Counted from the stretch's first letter, positions 1-10,783 are shown. The stretch is DNA of 64,000 nt from Desulfurococcaceae archaeon (GCA_020832985.1 JAJHRE010000002.1:22991-86990); one strand, 5' to 3'. A program made the numbers and translations. The notes: a model not told the origin generated them from the sequence alone.

Positions 1-1
1 T

Positions 2-763
2 GTAGATGATCCTGAATTCATAGCTGAGATGGCTATCTTAGAACATAGGAGGATCGTAAGTGGTTATAGGAGGAGGACTTCTGAAGAAATGTTTAGAGAA
101 GCTCTAAACCCTAAACACGTAGCGATCAGCTTAACTGGTGAGCCAACACTATATCCGAGACTATCAGAACTTATTGAGGAATTCCACCGTAGGGGTCTAA
201 CTACATTCTTAGTGAGTAGGGGTGTTAGACCTGACATACTAGCAAGTCTTGAGGAGGAACCGAGTCAACTATACATATCTATAGAAGCTTACGACCGTGA
301 GACGTATAACTACTTCAACAGACCGTTAATACCTAATGCTTGGGAATTAACACTGAAGACTTTAGAAATACTTCCGAGCTTCACATCACCAACAGTTATT
401 AGGATTACTTTGGTTAAGGGGTTTAACATGAGTTATGAAGCTGTTAAGAAGTTTAAGAAGTTGTTGGAGTTAGCCCAGCCTACGTATATAGAGACTAAAG
501 CGTATATGCATGTAGGTGGTTCTGTAGGCAGGTTAGGTAGGGAGAATATGCCTTCATTTAATGAAGTTATGGAATTCGCTAAGAAGTTATCTGATGAGGT
601 TGGGTATAAGATAGTCTCTCATAGTATAGCTTCTAGAGTAGTACTACTGACTAGACTTACTAAACCTATAAGAGTAGGTGAGGGATGTCCTAAGGGTTGG
701 GAGGAGGTTGATACTTGTGAGGAGGAGATTGGTGAGTATAGTAGGGTTGAAGAAGCTATCTAA
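2..763 (+). CDS. taw1: 4-demethylwyosine synthase (radical SAM, Taw1/TYW1), 5'-truncated by window edge
   Basis: Frame open from position 2 (VDDPEFIAEM...). Motifs PKHVAISLTGEPTLYP, IETKAYMHVGGS and SRVVLL are typical of Taw1. Confidence 0.88.
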   Translation, partial: VDDPEFIAEMAILEHRRIVSGYRRRTSEEMFREALNPKHVAISLTGEPTLYPRLSELIEEFHRRGLTTFLVSRGVRPDILASLEEEPSQLYISIEAYDRETYNYFNRPLIPNAWELTLKTLEILPSFTSPTVIRITLVKGFNMSYEAVKKFKKLLELAQPTYIETKAYMHVGGSVGRLGRENMPSFNEVMEFAKKLSDEVGYKIVSHSIASRVVLLTRLTKPIRVGEGCPKGWEEVDTCEEEIGEYSRVEEAI

Positions 764-764
764 A

Positions 765-2099
765 CTACTCGAAAGGTTTAGTGATGTTTAAATCCTTAAC
801 GAGTATGTAGGGTACTTTAGAAGGTACTTCAACCTCCCACCACTTAATCAAATAGCATTTACGGCCGACTAACCATATATTACTTAACAACCTACTTAAG
901 TTATCAGCAATCCTAACCCTCCTAGCATTACCTACTACCTCACCATCACGTATAACTAATACAGCATCCCTACTAACTGTTGAGAAAGCACCCTCAACAT
1001 AATTCTGAAGTCTAGTATACCAGTTATTACTTATTAGTAATCCATTCCTAACCTCCCTAACCATCTCATCAACATCTGAATCACCTGGAGCTACCGCTAT
1101 ATTCCAAGGCCTAGGTGTTATCCAGCCAGCATTCCCAGTGGACACCGTGTTAAACTTCCTAGCCGTCTTACTATTATGTAGTAAAGTCTTTAAGGAACCC
1201 CTACTTATTAACTCTTTATTGTAAGTCTCAACACCTTCATCATCGAAAGATGTCGAACCACTTAACTCTATATCTCTAGGCACATCAGCTAATGTTAACT
1301 TATCAGTAGCTACTACATCACCTAATGACTTACTAATAAACATTGAGAAACCAGCTAATACGTTAAATGCTGACGTCATACTGACTACTAACTCCATGAG
1401 GTTACCGACTACTAACGGTGATAGTATGACGTCATACCTACCTGGGGGTATGTCTATAAAGCCCTTAGCATATGATGCGTACTGAGCTGCAGTCCTACCT
1501 ACATCCTCAATACTCTTAAGGTCTAAGAACCTACTCCCGTAAGCCCAATGACCTGAGTAATCACCTTTAAACACCCTCAAGTATGTAGACACCTCACTAC
1601 CTACTTCAAAACCTTCAAACCCATTACTACTTACTAATGCCTTAGACCTCACACCTAAGCTTAAAATACCTGAAACCCTTTCAACACCCTCATTAACTGC
1701 TGAGTTTATCAGTACTTCACATAGTTTAGCTGGTTCACCCATATACTTAACCACATTACCATCCACTAAATTACCTAACGGCTTAACCTGTCTAGGTTCA
1801 GGTAATGGAGCATATAACTCAGACTCCTCGATAATATGTACATACTTACTGATATCGTCAGCAGCCCTAGAGAGTTGATTTAAATCTGATGTTGAGGACT
1901 CTAGAATTAATACCTTCCTACCCTTAACTAGGTATAACCCCACGTTGTAGGACTTTCTAGAGTACTTAAGGGCTACGTTATTATTTACTATTTTAACCAT
2001 AACTGAATCTATACCGTTAATCATAACTGCTAACTCATCATAACTACTACGTAACTTCCTCAGTAACGTACCTGCAGTATCTAGTAGTTCACTACTCAT
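765..2099 (-). CDS. TldE/PmbA family protein
   Basis: FDDEGV, LLHNSKTA and STGNAG motifs, no HExxxH; paired with tldD (4-nt overlap). Confidence 0.88.
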   Translation of the reverse strand: MSSELLDTAGTLLRKLRSSYDELAVMINGIDSVMVKIVNNNVALKYSRKSYNVGLYLVKGRKVLILESSTSDLNQLSRAADDISKYVHIIEESELYAPLPEPRQVKPLGNLVDGNVVKYMGEPAKLCEVLINSAVNEGVERVSGILSLGVRSKALVSSNGFEGFEVGSEVSTYLRVFKGDYSGHWAYGSRFLDLKSIEDVGRTAAQYASYAKGFIDIPPGRYDVILSPLVVGNLMELVVSMTSAFNVLAGFSMFISKSLGDVVATDKLTLADVPRDIELSGSTSFDDEGVETYNKELISRGSLKTLLHNSKTARKFNTVSTGNAGWITPRPWNIAVAPGDSDVDEMVREVRNGLLISNNWYTRLQNYVEGAFSTVSRDAVLVIRDGEVVGNARRVRIADNLSRLLSNIWLVGRKCYLIKWWEVEVPSKVPYILVKDLNITKPFE

Positions 2100-3532
2100 A
2101 CAGTAACACCTAACCTAACCTTAGATAACCTAATATTAGGACCTCCAAACCATACTGGAACACCTTGTGGTGGGTCACCCTTACCACAAGTCCCTGGGTA
2201 GAATCTTAAGTTCTTATCAACACCAACTACCTTACTATAGAGTCCAGCAGTTGTTAACTCCAGTACTGGGTTCCTGACATAACCTCTTAACTCACCATTA
2301 ACTATTAAGTAAGACTCTAAACCTACGTACCTCTGATTCCATCTAATATCATCTATATTCCACTCCATGTAGGACTTAATATAAACACCCAACCCTATAT
2401 CCTCAATAAGTTCTTCGAACTCCATATCACCCGGTTTAAAGTATGTGTTAGACATCCTTATCAGTGGTTCGCTAGCGTAGTCCATAGCTCTCGAAGAACC
2501 ATTACTTCTAGTCCCGAATACGTAGGCTGTCTGCCTATTATGTAGTGGTTCATATATTATACCTTCCTTATATAAGTACCTAGGTCTAGCCTTAATACAC
2601 TCATCATCGTATTCGTAGTAACCGTAACTCCTAGGTATTGTAGGGTCTTCAACAACTGTGACATACTCACTACCAATCCTATAGCTACCTACGTATTCAG
2701 GCTTCACGTATGACTCTCCAGCCTGTGCTGACTCCCTACCTAAGATCCTGTCAGCCTCCATAGGATGTCCTGCAGACTCATGAACTATAATACCTACAAC
2801 CTCAGGACCTAACACAACGTCTACAGGTTCCTTAGGTGGTTCAACACCTTCAACTAAACTCTTCTCTAAATTCTTAACCTCCTCCTCAACAACCTTGAAT
2901 AAGTCCCACTCATCAATTAATTCTAAACCTCCTGAAGCACCGAACTCTATAATCCTCTGAATACTGCCTTTCTGTGGGTGGTGTAGGACTAAATTCAATA
3001 TAATTAGTAACCTAGGTACCCTACCCCTCACAAAACCACCATCACTATTAACTATTAACTTCTCCTGTATATGCTCGACATACTCACAGTAGGTAGTAGG
3101 TACTTTAACCTCCTTAACACTACTGACTATGACCTCATGTAACTCAGCCAACAACTTAACCTTCTCACTAATGTCTAAGGAGTTGAAGTCCTTAGTAGGT
3201 ATTACTTCATAAGAACCTCTACTGACGACGTCATCACTGAATCTAGTAGGTGTCTTAACTAGGTGGGTTGTTGCTCTAGCCCTACTAACAGCATCCCTAA
3301 CAATACCTACTAACTCATCCCTACCTAACTTATTAGTTGCTGAGAACGTCAACACATTATCATATACTAACCTAATACCTACACCATCATTAATAGAAGT
3401 ACCTAGGGTTACTAACTTACCATTCCTTAAAATTATAGTGAAGTACTTATCTAGTTGATATCTAGCTTCAGAATACTTAACACCTAAACTCCTCGAATAA
3501 TCTACCACATAATTTAGTAGGTCTTCACTCAA
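2096..3532 (-). CDS. tldD: TldD metalloprotease
   Basis: HESAGHPMEAD zinc motif, RMSNTY, C-terminal GTCGKG. Confidence 0.92.
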   Translation of the reverse strand: MSEDLLNYVVDYSRSLGVKYSEARYQLDKYFTIILRNGKLVTLGTSINDGVGIRLVYDNVLTFSATNKLGRDELVGIVRDAVSRARATTHLVKTPTRFSDDVVSRGSYEVIPTKDFNSLDISEKVKLLAELHEVIVSSVKEVKVPTTYCEYVEHIQEKLIVNSDGGFVRGRVPRLLIILNLVLHHPQKGSIQRIIEFGASGGLELIDEWDLFKVVEEEVKNLEKSLVEGVEPPKEPVDVVLGPEVVGIIVHESAGHPMEADRILGRESAQAGESYVKPEYVGSYRIGSEYVTVVEDPTIPRSYGYYEYDDECIKARPRYLYKEGIIYEPLHNRQTAYVFGTRSNGSSRAMDYASEPLIRMSNTYFKPGDMEFEELIEDIGLGVYIKSYMEWNIDDIRWNQRYVGLESYLIVNGELRGYVRNPVLELTTAGLYSKVVGVDKNLRFYPGTCGKGDPPQGVPVWFGGPNIRLSKVRLGVTV

Positions 3533-3573
3533 TAAACCACCCTAATAATTAATTGAGGAGGGAAAAATAATAT

Positions 3574-3855
3574 TTAACTTAATTCCTTCTCAGTCTCCCT
3601 TCTCTTAATGTACTTATCAAATACTATCCAAGCCCTATACCATTCCTCATTATACTTCTTCAACAACTCTAAGATCCACTTAGTTAATTCCTTAGCATCA
3701 ATCTTCTCTAAGTCCTTCTCATAAATCCTACCCTCAATAACCTTACAGATCTTCCTAGCGATATCTACTGGAGCTCCAGTCTTTAAGACACTTACAACAA
3801 TCTTCTCAGGGATGAACTCCTCCTCCCTACCATCCCTCTTAACAACTTTAACCAA
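3574..3855 (-). CDS. Stand-alone ATP-cone domain protein
   Basis: N-terminal VVKRDGREEEF..EKI ATP-cone signature; 93 aa. Confidence 0.85.
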   Translation of the reverse strand: MVKVVKRDGREEEFIPEKIVVSVLKTGAPVDIARKICKVIEGRIYEKDLEKIDAKELTKWILELLKKYNEEWYRAWIVFDKYIKRRETEKELS

Positions 3856-3924
3856 AACTTAACACCATTAGAGAATTAAATTAATAGTTAATAAGTATTA
3901 ATGGTAATGAATATTACCTGAGGT

Positions 3925-4662
3925 GTGAATACGTTTAAATTAGTTGATGCACACTGCCACCTACATGAATTCACAGATGATGAGTTGATTAATTACTGTA
4001 AGGACGACTTACTAATTAATGCTGTCTCAGACGATTACCTAAGTTCTCTAAGGACCTTAGACATAGTTAGTAAGTGTGGGAATGTAACACCTTCAGTAGG
4101 TCTACACCCTTGGAATGTAGGTAAAGTAGATATTAGTAAGGAGTTAAAGTCTTTAAGTGAGTTAGTCGATAAGGTTAGGTTCTTAGGTGAGGTAGGTATT
4201 GATAAGAGATTCGTCCCAGAAACATATGATAAACAGTTAGAGGTGTTTAAATACTTCCTAGAAGTAGCCCGTGATCATGGGTTAGGTGTTAATGTACATG
4301 CTGCAGGTACTTGGGATGAAGCGATTAAACTACTCGTTAAGTATGACATACGTACAGCTATAATACACTGGTATACAGGACCTACAGAACTACTCAAAGA
4401 TGTGGAATCCTTAGGATACTACATAACTATAAACCCAGCGGTAAAGATACAGTTAAAACATCGTGAAGTAGTTATGAAGGCACCTATAGAGATAATACTA
4501 ACTGAGAGTGACGGCCCCTACACATATAGAGGTATGAGGTTAGTACCTACTATGGTCTTAGAAACACTCCATGAAATAGCTAAGATCAAATGTATGAGTT
4601 TTGAGGAGGTAAGTACTTCAGTACTTAAAAACTTTATGAAGGTCTTCAAGAGTGGTTTATAG
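3925..4662 (+). CDS. TatD family DNase/hydrolase
   Basis: DAHCH, GLHPW, GEVGID, ESDGPY motifs. Confidence 0.92.
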   Translation: MNTFKLVDAHCHLHEFTDDELINYCKDDLLINAVSDDYLSSLRTLDIVSKCGNVTPSVGLHPWNVGKVDISKELKSLSELVDKVRFLGEVGIDKRFVPETYDKQLEVFKYFLEVARDHGLGVNVHAAGTWDEAIKLLVKYDIRTAIIHWYTGPTELLKDVESLGYYITINPAVKIQLKHREVVMKAPIEIILTESDGPYTYRGMRLVPTMVLETLHEIAKIKCMSFEEVSTSVLKNFMKVFKSGL

Positions 4663-4705
4663 CAGAGGTCTTTAAATTATATTCTCAACCTAGTTAGGTT
4701 TAGGG

Positions 4706-5635
4706 ATGATATTGACTAAGTATCAACTACCTCCACCACCTACTAACATCTCAGAGCTTAGTTTATGGGATGCTCTTGAGGAGTTCTTAATGGCTTTAAG
4801 GTCTTCAGGAGCTTCTGAAAAAACTATTAAGGCTTATAGAGCCGGTATTTCAGACTTCATCAAGTTCTGCGGTAAGGGTTTCGTTAAGGAGGTTACAGTT
4901 AATGACGTAATTAAGTGGAGGTTGAGTAGGTTGAGGGAGGGTTTTGATAGGAGTGTTAAGGATGATGTTAAGGCTAGGCAACTAACTCTCCATTACTACT
5001 CACTCTATGTTAGGTCATTTCTTAAGTGGTTAGGTTTGAAGGATGAGGTAAGTATTGTTAAAGCACCTCGTAGGAGGTCTATAACTACATTATCTGATAA
5101 TGAGGTAGTTAAGTTATTAAATGCTTCTAGGGATTTATTAGACCTACTGATAATCTGCCTCCTCATTGAGACAGGCCTTAGAGCTCAAGAATTACTATCA
5201 TTAACTATAGACGATATAGATTTAGAGGGTAGGGAGATTTACGTTAGGTCTGGTAAGTATGGTGAGGAGAGGGTAGTGTTCATAGGCCCTCTAACTGAGA
5301 GAGTATTAAGTAAGTATTTAGAGGGTTTCAACAGTAGTGACGGTAGGTTAATACCACTAACATATTCAGGACTTTATAAGAGGTTGAAGACATTAGCTAA
5401 GAGGGCTGGTTTAGACCCTAAGAAGGTAAGACCACACATACTTAGACATACATTTGCAACAGAAGCGCTTAAGAAGGGGTTAGCACTACCAGCACTCCAA
5501 GCGATTTTAGGGCATAAGGATATTAAGACAACTCAAGTATACCTACACCTACTGAAGGAGGATATTAAGAAGTTATACATGAACATATTCTCAAAACAAC
5601 CTACACTAGGTAAAGAACTAACTCAAACCACGTAA
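4706..5635 (+). CDS. xerA: XerA-like tyrosine recombinase
   Basis: N-terminal SAM-like domain, ETGLRAQEL, PHILRHTFAT, LGHKDIKTTQVY (complete R-H-R-H-Y set); housekeeping context. Confidence 0.8.
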   Translation: MILTKYQLPPPPTNISELSLWDALEEFLMALRSSGASEKTIKAYRAGISDFIKFCGKGFVKEVTVNDVIKWRLSRLREGFDRSVKDDVKARQLTLHYYSLYVRSFLKWLGLKDEVSIVKAPRRRSITTLSDNEVVKLLNASRDLLDLLIICLLIETGLRAQELLSLTIDDIDLEGREIYVRSGKYGEERVVFIGPLTERVLSKYLEGFNSSDGRLIPLTYSGLYKRLKTLAKRAGLDPKKVRPHILRHTFATEALKKGLALPALQAILGHKDIKTTQVYLHLLKEDIKKLYMNIFSKQPTLGKELTQTT

Positions 5636-6436
5636 ATTCCTAAAATATCTTATGGAACTCTTAATCACGTAAGTAGCTATAGTTGTTAACGATATCGTTA
5701 GAGCTATTGCTGAACCTATAGGTATGTCGTATAGAAAACTTAGGAAAACACCTACAGGTGTTAATATCATCCCGAATAAACATGAAATTACTAACTGTAA
5801 ATCAGCTCTAGAAGTCATGATTACTGAGGCTATGTACGGTACGTAGATTAATGAGAATACTAGGAAACCACCAACAACTTCCAACATCAATACTATAGCA
5901 AAACACATAAAGACTATAACTACCGTAGAATGTAATTTAGTGTTAATACCTTCAGCTTCAGCTAACTTCTTATCGAATACTATAGCATCTAACTTAGACT
6001 TAAACAATATGAGGTATGTTATGAATATACCTGTGAGGACTACCATATACGTAAACCTATCTATAGTGACCGCTAGAGGACTACCCCATAAGAGACCGCC
6101 AACCCTAGTAGTAGCTAGGACTACAGCATTACTTAAGTATATAGCTAAAAGTGTTATACTATTAAAGAATGTGAAGAACATCATTGATAAGTTATTCATA
6201 ACCTCACTGCTAACTCTAGTCAATGCAACACCTAACACTAATCCCAGAGATAAAGTCAATATTATCGGTAAGATGTATGAGTCCATATTTAGGATAGTTG
6301 ATAGTGCTAAACCAGCTAATGCAGCATGCGCGGCTGAGAAAGTTACTGTGCTTAAGCCTAACCTCGATATGTAATAACCTACTAAAGCTAATATGAACCC
6401 ACCAACTACTGATGAAACTACTACTAACTCTATCAT
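5618..6436 (-). CDS. Metal (Zn/Mn/Ni-type) ABC transporter permease
   Basis: Hydrophobic; AHAALAG and FDKKLAEAEGI motifs of the ZnuB family. Confidence 0.88.
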   Translation of the reverse strand: MIELVVVSSVVGGFILALVGYYISRLGLSTVTFSAAHAALAGLALSTILNMDSYILPIILTLSLGLVLGVALTRVSSEVMNNLSMMFFTFFNSITLLAIYLSNAVVLATTRVGGLLWGSPLAVTIDRFTYMVVLTGIFITYLILFKSKLDAIVFDKKLAEAEGINTKLHSTVVIVFMCFAIVLMLEVVGGFLVFSLIYVPYIASVIMTSRADLQLVISCLFGMILTPVGVFLSFLYDIPIGSAIALTISLTTIATYVIKSSIRYFRNLRGLS

Positions 6437-6445
6437 GACTATACC

Positions 6446-7147
6446 TTAATATGGATTACCTAAAACACTTATTAACTCACCGTTAGATATGGTTAGTACT
6501 GCATCAGCTACCTTCTCTAAACTCTTATCAACGATATGTGAAACTATTAAAGCTGTAGCATTTTTCTCACGTATGTAGTCATTAATTAACGCTGTGACCT
6601 CCTCCCTACCACTAGGATCTAGGCTTGAGAACGGCTCATCCAAAAATAGCATTAGTGGTTCTCTAATAAGAGTTCTAGCTAGGAAAACTCTTTGTTGCTG
6701 ACCACCACTAAGTTTACCTACAGGCTCATTAAGTAATTCATCAATACCTAATAACTTAGCTATGTTTTTAACCTTAGCAAGATCGTCATTAGTTAATGTG
6801 TTCGGGAAACTCTTAATTGAGAGTAAGCCCATAGTAATGACTTGTTTAACAGTGTATGATTCATGAGGACTTCTCATGAAGTTCTGAGGTAAATAACTAC
6901 ATAACTTCCTAATACTGTATATTTTACTATCAGTTGTATGTATACCTAATAACTTAACAATACCTTTAAAAGGCTTGAGTAGACCTAAGCAAGTCTCAAG
7001 TAATGTAGTCTTACCAGAACCGTTAGGTCCTGTAATAACTATTAGTTTATTCTCACCTATGAGTAGGTTAATACCTTTTAAAGCAGGTCTTTCAGGGTCT
7101 TGATAAGTTACGTGTACATCCTTCAACTCAATTCGAATAACTCCCAA
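6446..7147 (-). CDS. Metal ABC transporter ATP-binding protein
   Basis: GPNGSGKT, LSGGQQQR, LFLDEP. Confidence 0.92.
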   Translation of the reverse strand: MGVIRIELKDVHVTYQDPERPALKGINLLIGENKLIVITGPNGSGKTTLLETCLGLLKPFKGIVKLLGIHTTDSKIYSIRKLCSYLPQNFMRSPHESYTVKQVITMGLLSIKSFPNTLTNDDLAKVKNIAKLLGIDELLNEPVGKLSGGQQQRVFLARTLIREPLMLFLDEPFSSLDPSGREEVTALINDYIREKNATALIVSHIVDKSLEKVADAVLTISNGELISVLGNPY

Positions 7148-7524
7148 TCCTTAAGCCCCTTAACATAATCTACAGCTTCCTCAATAGACTTAAAACTTAA
7201 TAACCTATCTAGTACCTCCCTCCTCAACTTAAGTCTTAATACCTCCTTACTAACCTTATTAACGAATATGAATTCAAAGCCTTCACAATCTTCAACAACT
7301 ATATTCCCCTTACCTAAAGTACAGCAAGCTGATGTCTGCACACCATCAATACTACAGGAGTAGGGTATTCTATTAGGTACTCTAACGATACATTGGATAT
7401 CGTGGAAGTCCTTAGGCTCTAACTTACTCTTAGCTAATACACCAGCTCTATAACCAATTACTAACCAAGGACCTAAATGACCGTGGAATCTAATAGCTTC
7501 ATCTAATGATAAACCCCAACTCAC
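7123..7524 (-). CDS. FmdE/FwdE family metal-binding protein
   Basis: FHGHLGP..G, CSIDGVQ and CTLGKGNI motifs. Confidence 0.85.
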   Translation of the reverse strand: MSWGLSLDEAIRFHGHLGPWLVIGYRAGVLAKSKLEPKDFHDIQCIVRVPNRIPYSCSIDGVQTSACCTLGKGNIVVEDCEGFEFIFVNKVSKEVLRLKLRREVLDRLLSFKSIEEAVDYVKGLKDWELFELS

Positions 7525-8492
7525 TTCTTAACACCTCTCAACTTAACGATAGCTACTATCAGACCTACCAACAATATTACATTCGTTATTACTGAGATAC
7601 TTAAGTACATGGTTAGGAGGTCATTACCTCTCTTAAGCTCTGAGACTTGAGTACTTAATGCTTCGATAGTCTTGGTAGTATTAGCAGTTTTTAAAGCATT
7701 TGATATTAACTTAACATTATATACCCACATATCAGTTACATTCATTATCTCAGGTGCTGCCTTAGGGAAGTTATGAATAGCTACCTCAATAGCTCCTACC
7801 TCCCTAGCAATCTTCATACCTAAGTCCACACCACTAGGTAGGTTATCAATTACTAGGAGTGCATGTGCTTTAGTAGCATTAGTTATGACCTCACTATACT
7901 CTTTAAGAGTTACTGTTTCCGGAGGTCCAAACGATGCCACGATATTAAAACCTAAGTAGTTAATGAATGACCTCTGCCACCTCATAACCACTACTGGAGT
8001 ACCTATAAACCCATTCTCCTTAGAGAAATCCCTCAACCAACTAGCTATATAGTCTATAGTATTTAAAGACTTATTCAAACCCTCATCAACCGGTACACCT
8101 AAGTACTTCTTAAGTATATCTGCAACTTCAACATAACATTTCCTTAAATCCTCAGGAGTACTCCACGAAGTACAAACTCCCTTAAATACTTGAGCTCTAG
8201 ACCCACTAGCATTTACTAACTTATCAATCCATGGCTCAATACCGTGTGAAAGTACTATGGATGCATACTTAATTTTCTCAGCATCACTAGGTTTAACATC
8301 GTAATGTGCTGGGCAGAGCGATGGTAATGATATATACTCAACAACTACTTTATCACCTGCTAAATCCTCAACTATAGATGCTAATACAGTAGTCGTCGCT
8401 ACTACAGTAGGTTTCTCACCATGGAGAACTACAACCGCTAGCGATAGGAGTAGTAGGGATATCATAATGAGACTTAAAACTATTTTCACCAC
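7521..8492 (-). CDS. Metal ABC transporter substrate-binding protein (ZnuA/TroA-like) with C-terminal membrane anchor
   Basis: Signal peptide, VVATTTVLASIV, CPAHYDVKPSD, C-terminal TM helix. Confidence 0.85.
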   Translation of the reverse strand: MVKIVLSLIMISLLLLSLAVVVLHGEKPTVVATTTVLASIVEDLAGDKVVVEYISLPSLCPAHYDVKPSDAEKIKYASIVLSHGIEPWIDKLVNASGSRAQVFKGVCTSWSTPEDLRKCYVEVADILKKYLGVPVDEGLNKSLNTIDYIASWLRDFSKENGFIGTPVVVMRWQRSFINYLGFNIVASFGPPETVTLKEYSEVITNATKAHALLVIDNLPSGVDLGMKIAREVGAIEVAIHNFPKAAPEIMNVTDMWVYNVKLISNALKTANTTKTIEALSTQVSELKRGNDLLTMYLSISVITNVILLVGLIVAIVKLRGVKK

Positions 8493-8496
8493 ACAT

Positions 8497-8531
8497 TACA
8501 CCTTTAATGGTGTTTAGTACACCTTTATAAA
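8497..8531 (-). promoter_or_regulatory. TATA box plus candidate operator upstream of the metal ABC operon
   Basis: TTTATAAA at 8524-8531; GGTGT-N5-ACACC palindrome at 8509-8523; TACACCTTTA repeated at 8497 and 8518. Confidence 0.45.
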
Positions 8532-8542
8532 CCTTACTTAAA

Positions 8543-8592
8543 CCCCACCTCTTTATTAAACCCAGACCTTTGGAGGTGGGGCGGATCGTCAA
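8543..8592. repeat. GC-rich inverted repeat; possible IS200/IS605 end remnant or terminator
   Basis: CCCCACCTC (8543-8551) / GAGGTGGGG (8573-8581), followed by ...GTCAA. Confidence 0.4.
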
Positions 8593-9303
8593 CTAAACCT
8601 TTAGTATTAACTCTACAATATCTTTAAACAGATCCTTCCTACCTAATTTATAGGTTTTAAGAAGTCCTCTAACATGTGTTAAGTCTTTACGTTTAATTAG
8701 GTGTATGTATGCTGAGTAAACCCTACATAAGTTACAGGGTGTTTCAGATATCCTAGCACTTTCAAAGTCTAAGAACTTCACATTACCGTCTCTTAAAACC
8801 ATTACATGCTTATGAGGTTTTGAGAGTTCTAAGTGGTCTACAGAACTTAAGTCTAGTTTATGAGATGCTTCGAAAACCTTAAGAAATACCTTAATAACTT
8901 CCTCAGTACTATGTAGCCTAATGTAATCACCTAGTAAAGTACCGTCTAGGTACTCCATCATTATGAAGTCATCATCGTAGTAGTAGACCTTAGGTACTAC
9001 ATCATACTTCACTAAACTCATTATGTAGCCTTCATTAGTTAGGGACTTCCTCTTAGAATCTAATCTCCTGACCTTAACTACTACATCACCTAATGATTCA
9101 TGACTTACTAGTAAAACTATTGATGCATGCCCCTTACCTAAGACCTTAAAACCGTTAACTGCTACAGAGCCGTAGTTATATACCCCTCTAACACCTAAAG
9201 ACCTTAACCTCTCAACTCTGAAATCACTAATATCCTTAACATCGTATGGGTATGTAAGTAACTTACGTATACTTTCCAGACCTACTAATTCCTTCCACAT
9301 CAC
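8593..9303 (-). CDS. Atypical Ser/Thr protein kinase (RIO/Bud32-like fold)
   Basis: LGKGHASIV, VVVKVRR, MEYLDG, HLELS and FLDFESA kinase-like motifs. Confidence 0.8.
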   Translation of the reverse strand: MMWKELVGLESIRKLLTYPYDVKDISDFRVERLRSLGVRGVYNYGSVAVNGFKVLGKGHASIVLLVSHESLGDVVVKVRRLDSKRKSLTNEGYIMSLVKYDVVPKVYYYDDDFIMMEYLDGTLLGDYIRLHSTEEVIKVFLKVFEASHKLDLSSVDHLELSKPHKHVMVLRDGNVKFLDFESARISETPCNLCRVYSAYIHLIKRKDLTHVRGLLKTYKLGRKDLFKDIVELILKV

Positions 9304-9791
9304 TAACTCTTAGATAATTCCTTAAGTATTAAGTCTATAAACTCAGAGTATGATAACTCAATACCGCAGTATATACATCTAACCCTTAAACTACTATCTA
9401 AAGTTTCGAACGTAGTTTCAATACCTTCATGTCTAGTGATGCAGGTCTTATTAGGACATTTAATCAGTTTTGATATGTACTTAGGTATTGATACCTTCCT
9501 CTTCTCAACTACTTCGAAATTCCTAACTATGTTTATAGTTGCTGTAGGTGCTATCAGAGCTACTATATCTGTCTCCTCCTTACTTAAGAATCTATTCTCA
9601 ATCTTAACTATGTCCTTCCTACCTAACTTACTTGACTCAACATTAACTACTACAGCTATTCTAATACCTTCCTTACCAGTAAGTCCTAAGACCTTAAGTA
9701 CCTCGAATGCCTTACCAGCCGGTATATGATCTATTACGGTACCGTCCTTAATCTTACTAACTATTAACTCACGTATAGACACCCTCAACAC
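9303..9791 (-). CDS. pyrI: Aspartate carbamoyltransferase regulatory subunit
   Basis: [25 protein letters not shown] and CIYC zinc site. Confidence 0.96.
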   Translation of the reverse strand: MLRVSIRELIVSKIKDGTVIDHIPAGKAFEVLKVLGLTGKEGIRIAVVVNVESSKLGRKDIVKIENRFLSKEETDIVALIAPTATINIVRNFEVVEKRKVSIPKYISKLIKCPNKTCITRHEGIETTFETLDSSLRVRCIYCGIELSYSEFIDLILKELSKS

Positions 9792-10728
9792 CTCCTAGTA
9801 TTAGTGTGAGGAGGGCTGCTCTTAAAGGTACTCCGAAGGATGCTTGTTTAAAGTATACTGCATGCTTAGTATTATCTAAAGACCTATCCAACTCATCAAC
9901 CCTAGGTAGTGGGTGTAGTATTATTAAATCATCCTTACACCTCTTAGTGATTTCAGCTGTCACCCTATACGCATTCTTAACCTTCTCATACTCTAGAGGG
10001 TCTGGGAACCTCTCCTTCTGAATCCTAGTTACGTAGAGTACGTCTAACTCACTCAATACCTCATTAATATCGAAAACCTCCTCAACCTTAACATTCCTAG
10101 ACTCTACAAACCTCCTCACATCCTCTCTCAACCTGAGAAGTGGGTGTGATATTAAGTAGACCTTCTTAGGCTTAAATATAGTTAGTATGTATAGGAAGGA
10201 GTTCACAACCCTAGCATACTTTAAATCTCCTATAAGCCCTATAACCAAGCTACTCACATCACCTCTAAGCCTATATATAGTGTATAGGTCTAACAACGCC
10301 TGTGTAGGATGTTCATTCCTACCATCACCAGCGTTAATCACTGGGTGTTCAGCAACTTCAGCAGCTAATTTAGCACTCCCTTCATACCTATGCCTAACAA
10401 CTATCACATCCGCGTAGGAGTCTAACATCCTGATAGTATCTATGAATTTCTCACCCTTAGCTACTGATGTACCCTCCTCACTAGAGAACCCTATTACAGA
10501 ACCACCCAACCTACTCATAGCTGCTTCAAAAGATAGTCTAGTCCTAGTACTTGGTTCGAAGAATGCTACAGCCATTACCTTACCACGGAGTACTTCCTTA
10601 TAACCATTACTTAAGTAGTGGTCTGTAAGTTTGAATAAGTATTCGATATCCTCCTTACTAAAGTCAAGTACTGAGATCACATCCCTACCCTTAAACCTAG
10701 AAGCTATGCTGGAGTTCATCGCCCTCAA
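9769..10728 (-). CDS. pyrB: Aspartate carbamoyltransferase catalytic subunit
   Basis: [28 protein letters not shown]. Confidence 0.97.
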   Translation of the reverse strand: MRAMNSSIASRFKGRDVISVLDFSKEDIEYLFKLTDHYLSNGYKEVLRGKVMAVAFFEPSTRTRLSFEAAMSRLGGSVIGFSSEEGTSVAKGEKFIDTIRMLDSYADVIVVRHRYEGSAKLAAEVAEHPVINAGDGRNEHPTQALLDLYTIYRLRGDVSSLVIGLIGDLKYARVVNSFLYILTIFKPKKVYLISHPLLRLREDVRRFVESRNVKVEEVFDINEVLSELDVLYVTRIQKERFPDPLEYEKVKNAYRVTAEITKRCKDDLIILHPLPRVDELDRSLDNTKHAVYFKQASFGVPLRAALLTLILGGVEGVYT

Positions 10729-10783
10729 ACCTACTTACTTAGAAAAATTTTTATAAGTTTAGGTTACGTTATTCTGAGCGGGT

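Noticed and set aside
4706..5635. Tyrosine recombinase as integrase of a provirus or integrative element
   Set aside because: Housekeeping flanks, host-like codon usage, and no att repeats, tRNA or cargo; XerA is more likely. No 11-6-11 dif site was found by eye.
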